A stretch of DNA of 64,000 nt, from IMG/VR virus record IMGVR_UViG_3300017766_004071, positions 1 through 64,000 of that record; one strand, 5' to 3'. The stretch's first letter is position 1. Each line of letters opens with the position of its first letter. Made by a program: the position numbers and the translations under genes. This DNA comes from an uncultured virus (IMG/VR IMGVR_UViG_3300017766_004071). Taxonomy: Duplodnaviria; Heunggongvirae; Uroviricota; Caudoviricetes. Shown here in pieces: positions 41,170 through 51,719 of this stretch. The notes beneath the pieces were generated by a model that made no database searches, was not told the DNA's origin, and was given only the letters and a program-made list of their open reading frames with translations.

Positions 41170-41463
41170 TTATTCAGGGGTTTCTTCTTTTTGTTCTTCA
41201 GTTTTCTTTTCTTTTTGTATTTGGTGGATAATGTAACCTGATATTGCAAATTCAACACCTGCCCACATAATTAAATCAGTCATAGTTAATGTTGAATGTT
41301 TTTCCAATAAGAAAAAAATCATTCCCCATTGGGCAATAACAAACGCTAAACCAGATTCAATCCTTTTTTTTGAGAAAAAAGATTCTTTCGATGAATACAT
41401 ATTTGTAATTTCTCTAAACAACCATTTTGTGTTTTCCCATCCAAAAAATAATTTATTCTTCAT
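41170..41463 (-). CDS. Small two-TM membrane protein (holin-like)
   Basis: Likely start MKNK at 41463; SKKRIES followed by two TMs. Confidence 0.6.
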   Translation of the reverse strand: MKNKLFFGWENTKWLFREITNMYSSKESFFSKKRIESGLAFVIAQWGMIFFLLEKHSTLTMTDLIMWAGVEFAISGYIIHQIQKEKKTEEQKEETPE

Positions 41464-41571
41464 ATCTTTTTTTTTATAAATAGTATAAATAGAAAAAGAG
41501 GACGTAGCGATGTCCTCTTTCTTTGTTGCCATAACAGCAAACGGTCCTAATAGTCCTCCTAAGAGGTTAGA

Positions 41572-42099
41572 TTATTTACCTTTAATTAATTCTAAAGACC
41601 TTTTCAAGTATTCTTTTGCTCTTGGTGATGGTGTTTTGTCATCGTCTTTAGTTTGAAGGTTTAAAACACGTTCAATATCCTTAACAAGTTCAGTTCCGTG
41701 TTCATTTTCTTTATATAGTTCAATTATTTTATCCATTGCTTTATTACATTGACCTGATGTTTCATCATAATAATTTTTATTTCTGAACTTATTCAAATGG
41801 TGCATCATATTATAAGCTAAATGTGCTCCTCCATCTTTAACATCTTTAAATAATCGAATATTATTAAGAATACCCAAGGTATCAACCATTGAATTAACTC
41901 CTAATTTTCTTTTATTTACACCTGGTGCATAATCAACATATTCATCAGCAGTACCAACAATCTCATCTAATGGTACGACATTCTCAGGAACACATCTAGG
42001 TTTCTCTTGAACCTCTTTCATTTCACCATTTTCTTGTTCCAAAATTGTTTTTCTAACTATTTTTCTTAACTCAGATTCTGTTATTGTAAACTTTCTCAT
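41572..42099 (-). CDS. Leader-tagged protein
   Basis: MRKFTITESELRKIVRKTILE. Confidence 0.8.
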   Translation of the reverse strand: MRKFTITESELRKIVRKTILEQENGEMKEVQEKPRCVPENVVPLDEIVGTADEYVDYAPGVNKRKLGVNSMVDTLGILNNIRLFKDVKDGGAHLAYNMMHHLNKFRNKNYYDETSGQCNKAMDKIIELYKENEHGTELVKDIERVLNLQTKDDDKTPSPRAKEYLKRSLELIKGK

Positions 42100-42147
42100 A
42101 AAACTTTTTCTTTATAAATATACACAAGTTATATAAATTTAAAACCC

Positions 42148-42381
42148 CTATTGATTAGGGGTTTCATTTTCTTTTTCTTCGTTTTTTATTTCAGTTGTTG
42201 ATTTTTTATTTGGTAATATAACTTCCAACCAAATATCAAATATCAAAAAATAAATCCACCAAGTTAACAAACTAATTGGATATAAATCAGGGTAATAATA
42301 CGTAACAACAAGTAAGTAAAATATTTTGGCAAAAATATAAATTCTTATTAAGATGTAGAATACACGATATAATGAAAACAT
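42148..42381 (-). CDS. Small membrane protein
   Basis: Hydrophobic, aromatic-rich. Confidence 0.55.
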   Translation of the reverse strand: MFSLYRVFYILIRIYIFAKIFYLLVVTYYYPDLYPISLLTWWIYFLIFDIWLEVILPNKKSTTEIKNEEKENETPNQ

Positions 42382-42449
42382 AGAATTTATTAAATTAAAA
42401 AGTGAATTAATATTGTAAAGTTAAGAATATTTATTTTAAAAAACAAACT

Positions 42450-43076
42450 ATGAATAACAATTTAGATAAATTAATACAAAAAGTTTTACGAGAATCTTTA
42501 ACACCCCCAATGAGGTTAATTAAAAAATCTTTAATATCTGAGGAATTAAAATATCATTTGGAAAATAAAATTTCATTGAGTGAAAATATATTCAGAATAT
42601 ATTCAGAAAAATATTTTAAACTAATTAATGAAGTTAGAAATTTATACAATGAAGGTAAGATAATGTTAAATGATGAGGATACTTGGTTGGTTGAATCCGA
42701 TTTAGGTAAAAAAGTATTACTAGAAAATGGTGATGAAGTTTGGTTAGATGCTCCAATGTATGAAGAAGAAGTTGATGAACTTTTATTTGAAGCAAAACAT
42801 CACGGAAAGAATGTTAAATTAAATTCTCCCTTTAGAACACCTGGAGGACCTAAGAAATTTGCCGTTTATGTAAAAACACCGAAAGGTACAATTAAAAAAG
42901 TAACATTTGGCGACCCTAATCTTAAAGTTAAAAATAGAAATCCAAAAGCCGCAAAATCATTTAGAGCAAGACATAATTGTGCTCAAAAGAAAGATAGAAC
43001 AATGGCAGGATACTGGAGTTGTAATGTCGGAAGATATGCAAAAAAATTGGGTCTTAAATCAAGTGCAAGCTGGTAA
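42450..43076 (+). CDS. Conserved phage protein with basic C-terminal domain
   Basis: KKFAVYV..KKVTFGD..SFRARHNC..GYWSC. Confidence 0.75.
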   Translation: MNNNLDKLIQKVLRESLTPPMRLIKKSLISEELKYHLENKISLSENIFRIYSEKYFKLINEVRNLYNEGKIMLNDEDTWLVESDLGKKVLLENGDEVWLDAPMYEEEVDELLFEAKHHGKNVKLNSPFRTPGGPKKFAVYVKTPKGTIKKVTFGDPNLKVKNRNPKAAKSFRARHNCAQKKDRTMAGYWSCNVGRYAKKLGLKSSASW

Positions 43077-43342
43077 TGGAAAATTTCCCCTTTCAACAAG
43101 AAATTATTGATGACATTAAAATCAGAACATTTGAAGAAAATGTTGATAATGAAGAATTAAAATGGCATAGAGATAGAAAAGATAGAATTGTTGAAATATT
43201 AGAAAATGATGATTGGTATTTACAGATGGATAATGAACTCCCCTCCAAATTAATTGTAGGGGAGAAATATTTTATCCCTAAAGGTGTTTATCATCGTGTA
43301 ATTAAAGGAAAGGGGAAACTAGTGGTATCAATAAAAGAGTAA
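43076..43342 (+). CDS. Cupin-fold protein
   Basis: WHRD..FIPKGVYHRVIKG. Confidence 0.75.
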   Translation: MENFPFQQEIIDDIKIRTFEENVDNEELKWHRDRKDRIVEILENDDWYLQMDNELPSKLIVGEKYFIPKGVYHRVIKGKGKLVVSIKE

Positions 43343-43344
43343 TA

Positions 43345-44373
43345 TTACTTATTATATCTTTTCAAAGCATTTTCAGTAATAAAAACATATTCGGTTTCCT
43401 TAAACTCTTCTAAATTTTTTGAATTTGTATAAGACATTGCAGATTTTAGATAGTCTTTAAGATTATCAACCCATTTTTCCAAAGAGTATTCAATCTTGTT
43501 GAACTTAGATATACCTTCAGAAGTAACTAATTTATCTTTACCCCATTTTTTTTGTACTTCTTTAGTACTCATACCTCTAAATTTCTTATATAAAAATCTT
43601 TTTAAGAATGGGTAATTGTTGAATATGAAATTTGAAGTTTTTTCACTTATTGGGATGAGTTTATTAATATAGATTGGAGAAGATGATTCTAAACATTTAT
43701 TCAAAACACCCCCCAACATAACATAATCAGCTCCTAAGGCCAATGCTTTAATAATATCATCATAATTTCTGAATCCACCATCAGCAACAATTTTTGTATT
43801 ATAACCTCTTTTCTTTTTTATTTGATAACATTCTGAAATAAGTGATGCCATAGGATAGTGAACACCTGTATTAGCTGAAGTTAAACAACCTGAACCACCA
43901 CCAATACCAACACGGATGTAATCAACACCAAGTTCTGCAAACTTTTCATAAGTGTTAGGATTTGCAATATTACCAATCATCAATTTATGTTTTATTTTTA
44001 TGTTTTCAACAAAATACTTACATAAATCATATAATTTTGACATATGACCATTAGCAATATCTACCAAAATTTTTTGATTTGTTGGGACTTTTTCGAAATT
44101 TTGATGGGAAGATATAATTATTTCAAAATCTGATAGTGATATTGAAGTAAACCCTTCATTACTATCATTAAAATATTCACCTCTTGGTAAACAAACTTTA
44201 AGATTATTATCAATAAATTTTTTGTAGTTTTTATGGTTAACTACAGTATCCATAGGACTGACTATGATTGGTAAATTACCATTTTCGGTAAAAATATTAA
44301 TTTCAGCCCTTGATGTTATTGATGAAATAGTTTCGGGAACTAAAGTAATGTCTTTGAAATCAAATTTTTTCAT
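43345..44373 (-). CDS. IMP dehydrogenase / GMP reductase family protein
   Basis: SPMDTV, VDIANGH, VGIGGGSGCLT, ADGG, KALALGADYVMLG, FRGMS, SAMSY. Confidence 0.9.
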   Translation of the reverse strand: MKKFDFKDITLVPETISSITSRAEINIFTENGNLPIIVSPMDTVVNHKNYKKFIDNNLKVCLPRGEYFNDSNEGFTSISLSDFEIIISSHQNFEKVPTNQKILVDIANGHMSKLYDLCKYFVENIKIKHKLMIGNIANPNTYEKFAELGVDYIRVGIGGGSGCLTSANTGVHYPMASLISECYQIKKKRGYNTKIVADGGFRNYDDIIKALALGADYVMLGGVLNKCLESSSPIYINKLIPISEKTSNFIFNNYPFLKRFLYKKFRGMSTKEVQKKWGKDKLVTSEGISKFNKIEYSLEKWVDNLKDYLKSAMSYTNSKNLEEFKETEYVFITENALKRYNK

Positions 44374-44422
44374 AATTTATTCTTTTTTTATAAAGCATAA
44401 ATTAAAAAAGTGATAAGTTCAA

Positions 44423-45049
44423 TTAATTTCCTTTAAATCTTCTAACCATTTTTGTAATAAGTTCTTTAAAAATAATACCTGAAATAGTTAATCCAGAAAA
44501 TCCAATAACTCTAACTACCAATTGTTTTAAATCAAAACCATTAACTAATCCATCAGTTGTCATTTGATAGATAATTGGAATTAAAGGAATTATAAATGTG
44601 TAACTCATCATATTTGTTACCCTATGAAAGAGTACACCCAAACTTTCTATAAACTCCAAAAATGTACGTTTTAATTCATCACTTTTTCTAATAACTTTTT
44701 CAAATGTTTTACTTAGACCTTCTTGTTGAATTTTATCTGATATTTTTTTGATTAATTCTTTATTTTCAAAGAAATAAGTTGAGATAACTCCAATCAATAT
44801 TAATGTAACTTCCATATCAGATAAACTTGGGAATCTACCTCTTACAAAACTTTCAATAGGACCTATGAAACCACCAATACCCGCACCCCAAGTTAATAAG
44901 AATTGAAGATTCATCCCAATTTGACCTTGGGCTTCTTCAATAAGTTTTTTTACCCTTTCAGCATTCTGTTTAATAATATTACCTAGTTCTTCTCCACTAC
45001 TTTCTAGTAATATCATTCGTTTTTGACTTTCTGTTATTAGTATTCTCAT
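44423..45049 (-). CDS. Leader-tagged membrane protein
   Basis: MRILITESQKRMILLE; several hydrophobic helices. Confidence 0.75.
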   Translation of the reverse strand: MRILITESQKRMILLESSGEELGNIIKQNAERVKKLIEEAQGQIGMNLQFLLTWGAGIGGFIGPIESFVRGRFPSLSDMEVTLILIGVISTYFFENKELIKKISDKIQQEGLSKTFEKVIRKSDELKRTFLEFIESLGVLFHRVTNMMSYTFIIPLIPIIYQMTTDGLVNGFDLKQLVVRVIGFSGLTISGIIFKELITKMVRRFKGN

Positions 45050-45094
45050 AAATAATAAATATAATATAAATATTTATTTAAAAAATTAAAATTT

Positions 45095-46120
45095 ATGATA
45101 AATCCAAAATTAAATAAAGGTGATAGAATTGTGTTATTATCTATGGTTGATGAACCTGATATGAGTTATGGAGACCGTGGTGTGGTAACAGATGTGAGTA
45201 AAGTATTTGATTATGTACAATATAATGTAAAGTGGGATAAGGGACGTACACTTCAAGTGCTTGAAGATACCGATAAGTGGATGAGTGAAGATGATTTTAA
45301 CGAATTGATAAATAAAAAAAAGAAGATAAAGGAAAGTTATACTATTAGTAAAAAAAAAATATTAAAGTTAATTATTGAAGCTCAACAAATTACTGTCATT
45401 GACTTTTGTGGTAGGAGTAAACAAGAAGACTATCAAAAATGGTGGTATAATGGAGGTCAAAAACCTGCACCATATACTAATAGTTATACTTGGAATGCGA
45501 CTAAAAAGGCTTTTGTATTTGATTTCAACAAAGACCCTGAATTTAAAAGTCTAACTCAAACTCAAAGGGATTATAAGTTAAGAACAAAATGTTCTGGGCA
45601 ATATACCAAAAATCCAAATTTAATTACACTTGCTGCTGAAGAAATATCTAATAATGCCTCAGATTGGTTACATGATTTTGCGGATTATTTTTCGGGAGGC
45701 TTAGATTTAATAGTGCCTGGTAGTGGAATTATTGTTGATGCACTGAATACCTTAGTTTATCTAATAGAATGGTATTTAACTACAGATATAAATAGAAAAA
45801 ATGATTTGTTATTAACAACAGCTATTTCAGGTTTATTTATGTTTTTACCAGGACCTGCACAAACAATAGCACCAACTATAAAAAAATTTATAAAAACAAA
45901 AAAGGTGGAAGGATATATGAAAGATGTGATAAAAACATTTTTACAATATATTGATAGTATGGTTATTGATTTGGAAGGTAAAGTTACTAATGCTTTGAAA
46001 TCACCATTAGCTAAAACAATTATTGGGGATTTGACAAGTCGAAAACTTAGTTTTCAAAATTTATTACAATCTTTTTCAACTCAACTTAAACCTTTACTTA
46101 CTAAACTATCAACAAACTAA
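45095..46120 (+). CDS. Multidomain protein, DUF4314-like N-terminus and hydrophobic hairpin
   Basis: GDRIVLLSM.D..GDRGVV..VKWDKG; later GLDLIVPGSGIIVDALN. Confidence 0.6.
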   Translation: MINPKLNKGDRIVLLSMVDEPDMSYGDRGVVTDVSKVFDYVQYNVKWDKGRTLQVLEDTDKWMSEDDFNELINKKKKIKESYTISKKKILKLIIEAQQITVIDFCGRSKQEDYQKWWYNGGQKPAPYTNSYTWNATKKAFVFDFNKDPEFKSLTQTQRDYKLRTKCSGQYTKNPNLITLAAEEISNNASDWLHDFADYFSGGLDLIVPGSGIIVDALNTLVYLIEWYLTTDINRKNDLLLTTAISGLFMFLPGPAQTIAPTIKKFIKTKKVEGYMKDVIKTFLQYIDSMVIDLEGKVTNALKSPLAKTIIGDLTSRKLSFQNLLQSFSTQLKPLLTKLSTN

Positions 46121-46143
46121 TATATTTATAAAAAAAAACAATT

Positions 46144-46659
46144 ATGAACGCATACTTTTTTAAAATGTCACAAGCAGAAAGAAATAATATCCTTGACCAA
46201 CACAAACAAGTATATGATGGATTTGTGACAACTTACGGACAACAAATTAATCAACAACCTTTATACATTCAAGACTTGGCAAATGATAAAGGTGGTATTA
46301 CAGTTAATAATAGAGGTGAAGTTAAAACTTACACTAATATGAGAATAAATGAAATGAGACACGATGGTATGAGTACTGGTCTTTTTTCAGATGAAGAGGA
46401 CGATTATTCTTATGTTTCACCTAAAAAACATTTTAATGGTTTAGACCAAATTGGTGATGGTGAAGATGATTTGACTTATGGTACTATGGATGACGAATAT
46501 ATGGATGATGAAGATAGTGATGACACTGAATATCATATTGATGTTGAAATAGACGATGATTCTGATATATATGATGAAGTTGAAGAGGATATGGTTGAAC
46601 CTTTACAAGAACAAGTAAATAAATCTTTGGATATGTTTAGACGATTCAAAAAATATTAA
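46144..46659 (+). CDS. Acidic hypothetical protein
   Basis: ORF track. Confidence 0.75.
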   Translation: MNAYFFKMSQAERNNILDQHKQVYDGFVTTYGQQINQQPLYIQDLANDKGGITVNNRGEVKTYTNMRINEMRHDGMSTGLFSDEEDDYSYVSPKKHFNGLDQIGDGEDDLTYGTMDDEYMDDEDSDDTEYHIDVEIDDDSDIYDEVEEDMVEPLQEQVNKSLDMFRRFKKY

Positions 46660-46662
46660 AAA

Positions 46663-46971
46663 ATGGAAATAATAGAAATTGTAACTTTTCATCTCAATAA
46701 TTTTGAAGAAGTTTTGGAAGTTTCATTTAGAACCAATTCAGATAACGAAGATGTTATACGAGAAGCAAAAATACCATATATTGATTTAGAAGATTTTGGT
46801 TATGAATTCCATAACGACTCAGATGAGTTTAACGAATTAAATGAAAGTGATGATTTATTTGAGGAATTTGAAGATGAGGATTTATTTATTGATGAATCTG
46901 AAATCTTATCATTTTTAAATGAATATTATACCCTATATATGGATAAACTACCAAGTGCTGAATTATTTTAA
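46663..46971 (+). CDS. Acidic hypothetical protein
   Basis: ORF track. Confidence 0.75.
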   Translation: MEIIEIVTFHLNNFEEVLEVSFRTNSDNEDVIREAKIPYIDLEDFGYEFHNDSDEFNELNESDDLFEEFEDEDLFIDESEILSFLNEYYTLYMDKLPSAELF

Positions 46972-47213
46972 TGGACAAATTTGAAGTTGACACAATAATA
47001 TCTTTGATGAAAAGATTCACAAATAAAACAACTGAAGGTGAGATTGATGAACAAGATGCCGCCGCCGCTGGGGGTGGAGGAGGAAAAGCAAAATATCCAA
47101 CAGTAACAAAATGGGAGTCAGGAGTAACAAGAGGACCTGCTAATCAAATTGGTTTAACCAAATGGAGAGATATAGTTAAAATTAATCGAGGTAAAGCGAA
47201 TACTTTATTATAA
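46971..47213 (+). CDS. Small protein with internal repeat (KW..G..RG.AN twice)
   Basis: KWESGVTRGPANQ and KWRDIVKINRGKANT. Confidence 0.7.
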   Translation: MDKFEVDTIISLMKRFTNKTTEGEIDEQDAAAAGGGGGKAKYPTVTKWESGVTRGPANQIGLTKWRDIVKINRGKANTLL

Positions 47214-47243
47214 TACTTAATATTTATTATTTAAAATATAGAA

Positions 47244-48575
47244 ATGGAAAACCATTCAAGTTTAAATCTTAAAAATAGAATGAAATTGTTAATGAATTAT
47301 CAAAGTGATAAAACATTAACTGAAAACTATAACACATTATTAGTAAAATCAAACAATAATGATTTTATAATTAGTGATATGATGTCTCCAGATAACAGAT
47401 ATTTCATTTTGATGGATGAAATGTATGATTTGAAGGAAAATAGAAAAATTGGTAATTTTTGGGATAGTATTGACAATATAACCCTTTTCCTTACACACTC
47501 TTTCAAACACGCAACAAATATACCTCAACAAATTCGTGAAGAAAACTTGATGAATTTGGGTAAATTATCATTAAATGAATCGTTAAACTCAGATTTATTT
47601 TTTATAAAAGAATCTGCGAAAGAATTATTTAATCAAATAAATCTTAATGAAAGAACATGGGGTGAATGGGCATGGAGTGGTGCTAAAGATTTAGGAAATT
47701 GGTTAGGTAAAAGTGCAACAGACTTAGTTACAGGAACAACTAAAATGATTGGTGACGCAGGAAAAGGTCTATATCAATTAGGGGGTGCTGTTTTAAGTGG
47801 CGATGTTACTAAAATATTGTCTTTGTTAGGACAAGGATTTATATATTTTGCTCGTTGGTTAAGAAATACGTTATATAACCCTATTGGTGCAACAATAGAC
47901 GCTGTATTAATTGCTACAGGCATTGGTAAAACAGTTCAATGGATACCTTGGGCAATTGTGGTTGCGTTAGATATCTACGAATTTATGTCAGGAGATAGTG
48001 AACATAAAGGTGACCCATTATGGTGGCAACTTTTAACTATAGGTTTTGATGTAATAGGACTTGTTAGTGCTGGTGCCGCGGCAAAAGCAGCAAAAGCCGA
48101 ATTAAGTGTAGTTAAAGAATTAGTTCAAAAATCACCTGAAGAAATTGCACTATTTTTAGAAAAAAATCCAGGAATGAGAAAAACAGTTGAAGGTATGTTG
48201 ACTAATGTTAATAAAGTACCTGGATTTTTAGACAAGGCTGTAAATTTCCTTATGAAACCTTTTCCAAAAGCTGCAGAATGGATTAAAGGTATGTTGGGTA
48301 AAGTGAGTGGTTTTATTAGTAAATTCACTCAAGGACTTGGTGAACTTTTATCCAAAAAGGGAGCAAAATTAGCAGGTAGAGAACTTGCAATTAATTATGG
48401 TGTTGAAAAAGGGGTAGGTAAAGCTATAGAATATGTGAGCGGTGCAGGTTCTAGAGGTGCGGAAGCAGCAATAGCACAAGGTAGTTCTGAAGCCGCAAAA
48501 GGTACTGAAAATTTAATATCAAACATACAAAGAAGTGGTGTTAATGTTGATTACGAAGGAACTGGATTATTTTAA
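47244..48575 (+). CDS. Large Gly/Ala-rich helical protein, candidate virion/ejection protein
   Basis: Hydrophobic hairpins and repeated LxE motifs. Confidence 0.7.
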   Translation: MENHSSLNLKNRMKLLMNYQSDKTLTENYNTLLVKSNNNDFIISDMMSPDNRYFILMDEMYDLKENRKIGNFWDSIDNITLFLTHSFKHATNIPQQIREENLMNLGKLSLNESLNSDLFFIKESAKELFNQINLNERTWGEWAWSGAKDLGNWLGKSATDLVTGTTKMIGDAGKGLYQLGGAVLSGDVTKILSLLGQGFIYFARWLRNTLYNPIGATIDAVLIATGIGKTVQWIPWAIVVALDIYEFMSGDSEHKGDPLWWQLLTIGFDVIGLVSAGAAAKAAKAELSVVKELVQKSPEEIALFLEKNPGMRKTVEGMLTNVNKVPGFLDKAVNFLMKPFPKAAEWIKGMLGKVSGFISKFTQGLGELLSKKGAKLAGRELAINYGVEKGVGKAIEYVSGAGSRGAEAAIAQGSSEAAKGTENLISNIQRSGVNVDYEGTGLF

Positions 48576-48601
48576 ATAAAATAAAATAAAAATAATATAA
48601 A

Positions 48602-49945
48602 ATGGAAAAGAAAATTTTATTAGAAGAAATAGAAAGATTTAGATTACTTTCTGGTTATAAAACTAAACATACACTTACAGAAAATGAAGAAATTTTAGAA
48701 TATGGTTTAGGTTCAGCTGAAAGTGCTTTGATAAAAGATTTAAAATTTGCGGCTTCAGCTGAAGGTAGAGCTTTAAGAAGTAAGGTTGAGGATGCACTTA
48801 GAACTATTCAACATACATTCACAATAAATGGTGTTAAAAGTAACAGACATACAATTCAGGATATTGTTACAGCCGCAGAAAAAGGATTATTAAAATCAGA
48901 TGAAATCGGAAATATGTACTCACATCTTATGAAAGAATTAGGAAAAGATACAAGTAGTGAAGCAAGAAGAATTAAGGACGCCATCATTTCTGATTTTGTT
49001 CAAAAACCATCATTTATTAAAAAATATGCAATTAAAACTGAGGAAGAAGCTTTAGCCGCTTTAAAAGCAACTGGTAATTACACCGAAGATGAAGCTAAGA
49101 AAGTTTTACAAAAATATAAAGATACTGGTGGTAGATTTAAACCAGGTGGTGATATAAATTTAAAACCAAAACCAGGGCCTGATGATTTTGATATTCACAT
49201 AGAACCAGTACCAATTCCAATTCCTGAACCTTGGTGGAGTAAATTATGGAAGAATAAAAATTTCAAGTATGCTATGGCGGCAGCTGCTGGTGCAGGAACT
49301 TTAGCTTTATTATATTGGTGGATGACTGGTGGTGATGATGATTCAGGTTTCTCACCTTGTTTAACAACAGTTACAAAAGGAAATGGATTCACCCAAAGTG
49401 ACCTTCAGAAATTAGCTGATAGTGGGGGTGATTATTTACCAATGGGTAGTCCTAATATTGTTACAGTTGATGGTACACCATCAAATTTAAAAGATGTTAA
49501 ATTTTATAAAGATGGTACTTTTGAAGCTCAAGGTGTTAAAGGTAACTATAAACCAGGTAATGGTACAATTCAAATTTCACATGGCGGTAACAACTATATC
49601 ATCATATGTAACTATGTTGATAATGATGACGATGTAGTTCCACCACCACCAGTTCCAACTCGTGGTTGCTCACCAGGATATGATTTTCCATTTGGTTTTT
49701 ATAAGAGTAATCCAATGGTTGCCGAAGTTCAACGTTGTGTTGGAGCAAGTGAAGATAGTTGTATGGGTCCTGAAACTGCAGGTAAAATTAGCACTTTCTT
49801 AGGTTTAGCTGATAGACCTAGTTCATTGACTAAAGATATTTATGATAAAGTTATTGCAAAATGTAAAGGCAGTAACAAAACTGAAGAAAAAAAATATAAA
49901 GACCCAAATAGAGAAGGTGGTGATAGTTCAACAATGACAACTTAA
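48602..49945 (+). CDS. Single-TM protein, candidate virion-associated
   Basis: Pro-rich linkers, TM AMAAAAGAGTLALLYWW, Cys-containing C-terminus resembling a PG-binding unit (MGPETA). Confidence 0.65.
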   Translation: MEKKILLEEIERFRLLSGYKTKHTLTENEEILEYGLGSAESALIKDLKFAASAEGRALRSKVEDALRTIQHTFTINGVKSNRHTIQDIVTAAEKGLLKSDEIGNMYSHLMKELGKDTSSEARRIKDAIISDFVQKPSFIKKYAIKTEEEALAALKATGNYTEDEAKKVLQKYKDTGGRFKPGGDINLKPKPGPDDFDIHIEPVPIPIPEPWWSKLWKNKNFKYAMAAAAGAGTLALLYWWMTGGDDDSGFSPCLTTVTKGNGFTQSDLQKLADSGGDYLPMGSPNIVTVDGTPSNLKDVKFYKDGTFEAQGVKGNYKPGNGTIQISHGGNNYIIICNYVDNDDDVVPPPPVPTRGCSPGYDFPFGFYKSNPMVAEVQRCVGASEDSCMGPETAGKISTFLGLADRPSSLTKDIYDKVIAKCKGSNKTEEKKYKDPNREGGDSSTMTT

Positions 49946-49961
49946 ATTCAAAAAAAAAATT

Positions 49962-51719
49962 ATGAAATCAAAAAAAATAATTAAAGAACAACAAGAACAA
50001 GGTCAAAATAATCCTAGTAATCTTTTAGATTTGGCGGTTATGTACAATTGTTTTCCTGAAAATCAATATGGTGCATTTACTAAAAGAAGAGATGTGGTTA
50101 CAAATAAACTTTGTTTATATAAAAAATCAACTAACCCAACACTAGTTGATGCTAAAAAAAATTACGTCTTTATATTTCCAAATGATGATGGATATACCTT
50201 TAGTATGGAATATAGAGATAATCCAGAACAAGAAGGAAAAGTTATTGAAAAAAATCCTAGTGTTTCTTGTAAGAGTATTACAAAGACAGGTGCACTTTTA
50301 GCATCACCTGACCAACAAAAAGTAATTGATTATTTAAAACAAGAAAAGTTTATTCAAATAGACCAATTACCTAAAGAAAAATGGAATCAATATTCTTTGG
50401 TTGATTTATCTCAAGACCCTGATTCTGTTAAATTATTACAAGATAAAGGGTTATATAACACATTATTAATATCTATTAAAGATAAACAACCTTTACAAAT
50501 GTGGAAACCAAAAGGATTAAGTGCTGCGACTGAAGATATATTTGAACAAGGTAATAAATTAGTTAGTCATTTATCTAAATTAGGTTGGATAAGTAAAGAT
50601 AAAATGTCACCTGAAATTGCTGGTGATTATATTGGAATTGATTTAAGTAACAAAGATGAATATGTTAAAAACGATGTCCTTAAAAATTTAGGGGATTATT
50701 CAAAATATTTTAAACAAGGATATGTTATGTATCAACCAATCAAGGTTATGTCAATGCAGGAATTACTTTCTCAAAAACAAACAACAGCAAAAAGACTGAA
50801 AACCGAATATAATAAAAATGATTGTGTGAAACTTATTAAACTTTATTGGGAAAGTATGGAAAAAGATTTACCAATAGGACAAGGTGAAAAAAGTATGGTT
50901 GAGATGTGTGTAAAAAGTTATCAATATCCATATATGAAAGGAAAAATTGATGCCATCAAATATACCACTCGTGAGAAAAAGAAATATCAATTATTTACTA
51001 ATCAAGATAGTAAAGAAAGAGATAAGGTTTTACAACAAACAATATCTGAAGGTCTTCAAAAATTAAAAAAACAGAAAAAGATTAATGAAACTTTAGTAAT
51101 TAAAAAAAAACTTACAATTCTTTCAGAAGGTAAAAATTTAAGAAATAAGAAGGAATTAAATTCTTTTTTTGATAAATTTTTAGTAGAAACAGCAATACTA
51201 AATTCAAAAGGATATGATTCAAAATTAATTTCAGAAGGGTTCTTTGATTTTATTGGTAGTTTCTTTGGTACTGGTGTTGAATCTGTAATGTCTTATTTTA
51301 AGGAATATGCCGCAAAATGGTTATTAAGTATTGCTGGAATAGATTCTAAAGGTTGGATAGGTTCAATTATTACAACAGCATTAGGAAACTTAAAATTTGG
51401 AGATATTCCTAAAATAACTTCTTGTGAATTTTTAGTCCCTTATTTAGCAAAAACAATCAGTGAGTCTGCAGCAAAAAAATATATGGAATCACAAACCAGT
51501 GAATCTCCGATTGGTTCAATTATGAGAAACGCTGTTTTTGAAGTTCTTGAGGATAGTGCATTCGGACAAGCGATTGAAAAAGGCTTAGAGGGTTTAATAT
51601 GTCCAAAACTTGGACATCTACAAACAAAAATGGGTAATGTTAAAGACCAATTGATAACTAAAGCTGAGACATCAGGTGAACAAATGAAATCAGCCCCATC
51701 ACTTGCTTCGCAACTATAA
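49962..51719 (+). CDS. Large hypothetical protein
   Basis: 585-aa ORF with several I/L-x-E motifs. Confidence 0.75.
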   Translation: MKSKKIIKEQQEQGQNNPSNLLDLAVMYNCFPENQYGAFTKRRDVVTNKLCLYKKSTNPTLVDAKKNYVFIFPNDDGYTFSMEYRDNPEQEGKVIEKNPSVSCKSITKTGALLASPDQQKVIDYLKQEKFIQIDQLPKEKWNQYSLVDLSQDPDSVKLLQDKGLYNTLLISIKDKQPLQMWKPKGLSAATEDIFEQGNKLVSHLSKLGWISKDKMSPEIAGDYIGIDLSNKDEYVKNDVLKNLGDYSKYFKQGYVMYQPIKVMSMQELLSQKQTTAKRLKTEYNKNDCVKLIKLYWESMEKDLPIGQGEKSMVEMCVKSYQYPYMKGKIDAIKYTTREKKKYQLFTNQDSKERDKVLQQTISEGLQKLKKQKKINETLVIKKKLTILSEGKNLRNKKELNSFFDKFLVETAILNSKGYDSKLISEGFFDFIGSFFGTGVESVMSYFKEYAAKWLLSIAGIDSKGWIGSIITTALGNLKFGDIPKITSCEFLVPYLAKTISESAAKKYMESQTSESPIGSIMRNAVFEVLEDSAFGQAIEKGLEGLICPKLGHLQTKMGNVKDQLITKAETSGEQMKSAPSLASQL

